Virus record (IMG/VR): IMGVR_UViG_3300031942_000022
Span: 1-39,803 of that record
Reading direction: 5' to 3' (one strand)
Source: a virus
Lineage: Duplodnaviria; Caudoviricetes
DNA: 39,803 nucleotides
The notes beneath the pieces are model-generated. The model made no database searches, was not told the DNA's origin, and saw nothing but the letters and a program-made list of their open reading frames with translations. Positions within the stretch are counted from its first letter, which is position 1. Every line of letters starts with the position of its first letter. The position numbers and the translations under genes were made by a program. This document shows positions 35,380 through 39,803 of this stretch, one piece after another.

Positions 35380-36364
35380 TATTTACATTCCACGCTTTAT
35401 CGATCACCTGATGGAGATCGGCATTAATGTTGGTATCAAAGGTGCTTACCGAGCGGAAGTGTGCCGAGACGGTCACGTCATACGCCAACCGCATGGCCCA
35501 AAGATGCAACCTAACGTGATCCTGAATCAGGCGCTCGATAAGCTTTTTACCGGCGGCACATTCAATCAAATGATGGTTGGAGCACAAGCTGGTACTGGAA
35601 CTGCAACACCGCTGGTCACCGATACGGCCTTAACTACCCCTGTTAAAACTACCAACACTTGGTTTAATACGGCTGGTTTCACCACTACCAACGACACAGT
35701 GAATGGGGCGGCTACTCACACCGTCACATGGGATTTTTCTAGCGAAACTTCGACGATCACTTACAACGAATGTGGCTGCGGATTTTCGGGACCGAATTTG
35801 TTAGCTACCAAAGCACTCTTTCCGTCAGGTGTAAGCTTAAATCCAGGCGACAATCTTCGGCTAACGTATGCTTTGACTTTTTCAGTGCCAGCCACTGTCA
35901 CGCCGGTTACGGTTTCTTTATCGCCAGTTGGTGGATTCAATGCCAGCGGCCAACTTAAAGTATGCGGCCAATGGGGCGCGGAAGGTGTTTTCGGAAGTGC
36001 CCCTAACGGGTTCCCGAGCGCGTGCGATTCCAACTTATACATGAATGGTTCCCCATCAGGAGCCGGGCAACTCTGTTCTGGCCCGACCACTTTCCCGACA
36101 GTCAACACCCAGTTTACTCCGACCAATATCGGGAGCGGAAGTAGTCCCAGTCTAGGGACTTATACCAACGGAAGCTTTACCAGAAATCAAACTTTTATTT
36201 GGACCCCGTCCCAGCCAACTTCAACAGTTAGCAATGTTAACGGAATAGGGCTTTGCCAAGATCTCCCTTTCTGTTCCGTTTATCTAATTTTGACCACGGC
36301 ACAAACCAAAGCCAACGATCACACTCTGACCATGGTCTACTCGGCTACTGCTGCTCAGGTGTAA
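35372..36364 (+). CDS. Virion structural protein (tail-associated)
   Basis: NVILNQALD, GTGTATP..TDTAL, GDNLRLTY.LT; start MPNIY overlaps previous stop. Confidence 0.7.
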   Translation: MPNIYIPRFIDHLMEIGINVGIKGAYRAEVCRDGHVIRQPHGPKMQPNVILNQALDKLFTGGTFNQMMVGAQAGTGTATPLVTDTALTTPVKTTNTWFNTAGFTTTNDTVNGAATHTVTWDFSSETSTITYNECGCGFSGPNLLATKALFPSGVSLNPGDNLRLTYALTFSVPATVTPVTVSLSPVGGFNASGQLKVCGQWGAEGVFGSAPNGFPSACDSNLYMNGSPSGAGQLCSGPTTFPTVNTQFTPTNIGSGSSPSLGTYTNGSFTRNQTFIWTPSQPTSTVSNVNGIGLCQDLPFCSVYLILTTAQTKANDHTLTMVYSATAAQV

Positions 36365-36380
36365 ATCATTTAAAGCTTTT

Positions 36381-36596
36381 TCAATTTCCCCGTTTTCGTA
36401 ATTGGGCTTCGAGAAATCTGGCAAGATCAATTTTCCCGGCGCGTTTAGCTCGCCGTTCGAATCGGATTAGTTCTTCTTCTTCAAATATACTCAGAACATC
36501 TTCGAGCAAATCCGGCTCAAATTTCTTGGATTCTGGTTTATTCATAATAATAGTCACATTCTTTGCGGAGGCTGGAAACGTATTGATAACAGACAA
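36381..36596 (-). CDS. Hypothetical protein, up to 71 aa
   Basis: Charged helical C-terminus; downstream of the ParB-fold pair. Confidence 0.45.
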   Translation of the reverse strand: MSVINTFPASAKNVTIIMNKPESKKFEPDLLEDVLSIFEEEELIRFERRAKRAGKIDLARFLEAQLRKRGN

Positions 36597-36725
36597 ACGA
36601 GTATTGCAATCGATACAAGCACAAATGGAGCAATGAATAGGCTCATAACGATAGGTGCCAATATTGGATTTTTTAACGGATTGGAGATGGAAAATATCAT
36701 TTTAAAATGAACGTCTATCTACTGA

Positions 36726-37688
36726 TCAGTTTATGGTCTTTATGCAAGCAGCACTTTGGCTAAGTAAATCCATCAACTCGGTGATTTCCGCTTGTCGACG
36801 CTTGGCTTTTTCTGCTCCTAATCTTTCTATCCATTCGTTAATTTGCGTCTGATCTATTGGGCAATGTTCAAGGAATTTGAGTAAGGGATTTTTGAGTTTT
36901 CGAAGCTCTCCTATCCAGAATGACGTCTGGGTAAGAGTTTTTGCTTTCTCGCGTTCGGCTTTGGTTTCCAATAGAACGAACCCGTTTTTACTGACAAATT
37001 CCATTTTGGTACCTTTAAAATCAGGATCGAACTGTTCGGGAGTAAGGAAGTTCATCGGTTGATTGCCTCCCGGCAGTTGACGCACTCGTTCAGAATAGCT
37101 AGGACGAGGCTCCTTATCTTTTTTGGCTGGCTTGGCTGCACGGCGTCGAGCTGCAGCAACGCGGGCTGCACTTTCTAGACTCTTTGAACCAGATTTTACT
37201 TCATTAACAAATTCAGGAGCGTGTTTTCGAACGTCCCTGGCTTTGCAAATACTAGCCCGACCAACATCCATTTTCTTAGCGGCTGTAGTTTGAGTTTCAG
37301 GGAGGGTGTCTCGGCCGAGACACCCTCCCGAGAACTGGTTTGTGCCATTTTTAAATGTACACAATTCTTCGGCTATCATTGCTCGTTGGCCAGATGTAAG
37401 ATGTCGCCTATGCAGATTCGCATTGACAATCCAAGCTGTAACATCCTTCGGCTCGACAATTTCTGTCTTGCATGGCAAATCTAATTCGGCAAGTGCCAGT
37501 AACCGGTTGCGCCCATCAAGTAAAATCCCGTCGGCCGAAAGTTGTATTGAACTTTGCAGCCCATTCTCTTTGATTGATTGGCAGAGCGCCTTGAACTGAT
37601 CCTCTTCCATTAACGGAAAAAGCTCCGCAACCGGATGAATTGATTTCGCGCCGCATCGAGCTAAAATGTCTTCGGTAATCTGTTTCAT
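36726..37688 (-). CDS. ParB/Srx-fold protein with HTH
   Basis: IHPVAELFPLM, SIKENGL, ILLDGRNRL, NANLHRRHLTSGQRAM, TQTTAAKKMDVGRASI; likely start MKQITED at 37688. Confidence 0.88.
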   Translation of the reverse strand: MKQITEDILARCGAKSIHPVAELFPLMEEDQFKALCQSIKENGLQSSIQLSADGILLDGRNRLLALAELDLPCKTEIVEPKDVTAWIVNANLHRRHLTSGQRAMIAEELCTFKNGTNQFSGGCLGRDTLPETQTTAAKKMDVGRASICKARDVRKHAPEFVNEVKSGSKSLESAARVAAARRRAAKPAKKDKEPRPSYSERVRQLPGGNQPMNFLTPEQFDPDFKGTKMEFVSKNGFVLLETKAEREKAKTLTQTSFWIGELRKLKNPLLKFLEHCPIDQTQINEWIERLGAEKAKRRQAEITELMDLLSQSAACIKTIN

Positions 37689-37735
37689 AAAAAAAGGAGG
37701 CTGGACGATACCAAGAAAGATCATCCAGCCTTTTT
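37689..37735. terminator. Hairpin flanked by A/T runs between the two ParB-fold genes
   Basis: AAAAAAAGG-AGGCTGGA...TCCAGCCT-TTTT. Confidence 0.5.
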
Positions 37736-37747
37736 CAGAAGCTCCCC

Positions 37748-38740
37748 TTACTTCAGCCCGATCTCCACAAATTCAGGGAATTCCTCCTGATGCCCGGGAT
37801 CCGCTTTCCTGAGTTTGTCTCCAGCGCGCCAGGCATTGAAAGCCTTGATAATTGCAGCCAGAACAACATGTTTCCCGTTCGGTTTCTTTTTATCCACATC
37901 AAGGAACTTCCGCAAAGCTGCGATGGGATCATCGGTTTCCAGTTTTCCATTCCCATCGATCAGCGCGCCCATGAATTCATCGAGTACATCTTCGTTGGCA
38001 ATCGCGAGGATCGCATAACTGACATATGCAGTCACATCCTTGTGCCCAATCAATTGAATCGCTTCACCGTATTCACCTATTGTTAAACGAGCCGCCAAAC
38101 GGTATAAATCGTTGCTTTTAACGGCCCTAAGTATCTGAATAGGACTCATCTTCAACGGACGTCTGATTCGCTTTTTACCTTTGTACAATATATAAGCACC
38201 GCTTAAGACATTGTTGTGAATCTTGGCAATAGCTGCAATCAAACCCGATTGTCCGTCAAACCCGGCAGTCTCTAAAGCAACCGCCGGACTACGTCCCCGG
38301 CCATTATCAATAAAGGCGAACAAGAATTCCTGGGCTGGAGTATCAGCAACAATGTAACTGGTGAAAGGAATGCCAGTCAGATAACTTGCCCACAAGCGAT
38401 GTTGTCCATCGACCAGAATCCCTTCCGTGGTAAAGATGATCGGTTCGCCAGTTCTGTGCCATTCGCCATCTTTAAACTGTTGGCCATAATAACAGACTGT
38501 CGAAAATGACGGTCTACGATTTGCTCCTTTCGCATTGCGAAGGAGAAAGCTCTCGGCCAATTCCTGATTGATTTCATACCAATCATTAGAGAGGCCCAAC
38601 AGTGGAAGTGTCCCTAATGATTCCCGATATGCATCGAATTGGGCGAGAAGCTCAGCGAATTGCTGTCCGGTTGCTGTCTCGATGTCTAGAACAAATCTGG
38701 GTACAAAGCCCCCAGAAGAAGGCTCTTCATTTTCTTTCAT
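37748..38740 (-). CDS. ParB-like DGQHR-motif protein
   Basis: GEWHRTGEPIIF...GILVDGQHRLWA...IDNGRGRS. Confidence 0.85.
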   Translation of the reverse strand: MKENEEPSSGGFVPRFVLDIETATGQQFAELLAQFDAYRESLGTLPLLGLSNDWYEINQELAESFLLRNAKGANRRPSFSTVCYYGQQFKDGEWHRTGEPIIFTTEGILVDGQHRLWASYLTGIPFTSYIVADTPAQEFLFAFIDNGRGRSPAVALETAGFDGQSGLIAAIAKIHNNVLSGAYILYKGKKRIRRPLKMSPIQILRAVKSNDLYRLAARLTIGEYGEAIQLIGHKDVTAYVSYAILAIANEDVLDEFMGALIDGNGKLETDDPIAALRKFLDVDKKKPNGKHVVLAAIIKAFNAWRAGDKLRKADPGHQEEFPEFVEIGLK

Positions 38741-38867
38741 ACTTCTTTTGCGACTCGTTTAAACGCTCATTGTGGCGTGTAATTGGTGGGTCAAACCATT
38801 TGGTTGAGTTCTTCGAATTCATCTATTCAGAGCTCAACTTTAAGGGATTTTCCAAGAAAATAAGAGA

Positions 38868-39067
38868 TCTGCAATACAATTCTGCGAAAATCTTTGTTAT
38901 CCATGGGTGACATTAAACTGAGAATCTGCGATATCTGCTGCGATACGCGAAAAGCTCAATCATTGATAATCAAGAACTTGCGTTCAAATGCTTACCCCCC
39001 TTCAGGGAGTAGGCGGAATTTCGAGAGCTCTGGAATCTTTCATACGTAACGTGTTCATAATCAAGAA
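38868..39067. other. Candidate attP region
   Basis: Repeats TCTGCAATA/TCTGCGAAA/TCTGCGATA/GCTGCGATA; IHF consensus AATCAAGAACTTG (38968-38980); imperfect inverted repeat 38991-39013; upstream of int. Confidence 0.55.
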
Positions 39068-39172
39068 AGTCTAGATAAAATCTACGGTACTAATTTATTC
39101 TTGCTAGATCCGAGAATTCGCTTAATTCACGGTTGTTCAGGCCGATTTCTGCACTATAGTGCAAACGATTAA

Positions 39173-39331
39173 ATGAATGAACAATTTGCGACCAAAGAAG
39201 ATTTACACCGCGAGATCGGCATTCAGACCCGCTGGCTAATCTCGATTTTAGTAGCCATCCAAGTTCCGACTTGGATCGGCATGATGCAGATCTGGAGTTT
39301 TCTGGCCAGTATCGCCAGCAAATTACACTAA
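39173..39331 (+). CDS. Small membrane protein, 52 aa, ATKEDL motif (below track cutoff)
   Basis: MNEQFATKEDLHREIGIQTRWLISILVAIQVPTWIGMMQIWSFLASIASKLH; directly upstream of int. Confidence 0.65.
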   Translation: MNEQFATKEDLHREIGIQTRWLISILVAIQVPTWIGMMQIWSFLASIASKLH

Positions 39332-39353
39332 GAGATCCCGTATAAAACTGGAT

Positions 39354-39803
39354 ATGAAAGTCGTCAGCTTCCATAGCAAAACAACTCCTTGGCGTGTTCA
39401 ATTGCCGGCGCGGTTTTCAAATGACGGCAAACGGAAAAGCAAGTATTTCCGAACCAAACAGGAAGCCGAACAGTTCTGCAAAAAAGTGAATCAATATGGT
39501 ATCGCGGCTTTGCAGGATTTTGTTCCCGCGGTTTCCAAGACTCAAACCGATCAGATGCAGACCGCGATCCGTTGGGCGCTAGCTGAACTAAGCGGCGATT
39601 TCAGCCTGGTTTACGACGCGATCAATCATTACAAGCTGACCCGGCTCAACATTCGCCAGGCGAACGTGCGCGAAGCTTTTGAGGCGTTCCAGCTTTCCCG
39701 GCAAAACGACGGACTGGCTTCGCGCACTATCCAATCCGATGCCGCCCGTTTGCGCAAATTGATGATTCGATATTCCGACACGCCGATTGCCCAGCTTTCC
39801 AAA
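39354..39803 (+). CDS. int: Tyrosine integrase, N-terminal part (continues across the circular join into 2..919; about 413 aa total)
   Basis: Manual translation from ATG 39354: MKVVSFHSKTTPWRVQLPARFSNDGKRKSKYFRTKQEAE (arm-binding-like) ... AFEAFQLSRQNDGLASRTIQSDAARLRKLMIRY, in frame with ORF 74..919. Confidence 0.9.
   Translation, partial: MKVVSFHSKTTPWRVQLPARFSNDGKRKSKYFRTKQEAEQFCKKVNQYGIAALQDFVPAVSKTQTDQMQTAIRWALAELSGDFSLVYDAINHYKLTRLNIRQANVREAFEAFQLSRQNDGLASRTIQSDAARLRKLMIRYSDTPIAQLSK
39677..39803. repeat. 127-bp terminal direct repeat identical to 1..127 (circular assembly overlap)
   Basis: ttttgaggcgttccagc...cagctttccaaa occurs at 1-127 and 39677-39803; 127 is a common assembler k-mer and the repeat lies mid-gene. 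Confidence 0.95.

Larger units (their letters stand above)
1..39803. mobile_element. Complete circular temperate siphovirus-like phage genome (lambda-like packaging/head module)
   Basis: Integrase, recombination, replication, GpA terminase, portal, S49 protease, capsid, tail, tape measure and lysin all present; ends overlap by 127 bp and the integrase frame is continuous across the join; no host genes seen. Confidence 0.95.

Noticed and set aside
36368-36390. Partial copy of the cassette promoter (tttaaagctttttcaatttcc)
   Set aside because: Lacks the CGTA element and a downstream start; may be remnant or chance.
38981-39030. tRNA fragment at att core
   Set aside because: No convincing T-arm/acceptor stem on either strand; no tRNA genes recognised in the window.
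39677-39803. Terminal repeat as biological DTR or attL/attR
   Set aside because: Exactly 127 bp and inside the integrase coding sequence; best explained as assembly overlap.

Overview
The window is an apparently complete, circularly assembled temperate tailed-phage genome of about 39,676 bp; bases 39677-39803 exactly repeat bases 1-127, most likely an assembler k-mer overlap. Modules: tyrosine integrase (spanning the contig join) with an attP-like region upstream; Xis-like HTH, VRR-NUC, RecT-like and DUF2800/Cas4-like recombination genes; ParB-methyltransferase fusion plus a PD-(D/E)XK-like partner; stand-alone DnaB N-domain, AAA_25/RepA helicase and an origin-like repeat tract; a second N4/N6 methyltransferase; lambda-like packaging and head genes; siphovirus-type tail with a -1 frameshift chaperone and tape measure; Amidase_3 lysin; and two further ParB-fold genes on the minus strand. 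Host is inferred, not shown, to be a Verrucomicrobiota-like bacterium. The best novelty candidate is a complete zinc-finger/NUMOD3-like/HNH endonuclease gene nested antisense inside the variable loop of an uninterrupted DNA methyltransferase ORF, with no intein or evident intron signature. Also notable: three minus-strand promoter-small ORF cassettes linked to two paralogous RHH-like proteins, a TTGACA-N14-17-ATG motif ahead of morphogenesis genes, and a parS-like palindrome. All family calls come from motif recognition by eye; no database searches were run.
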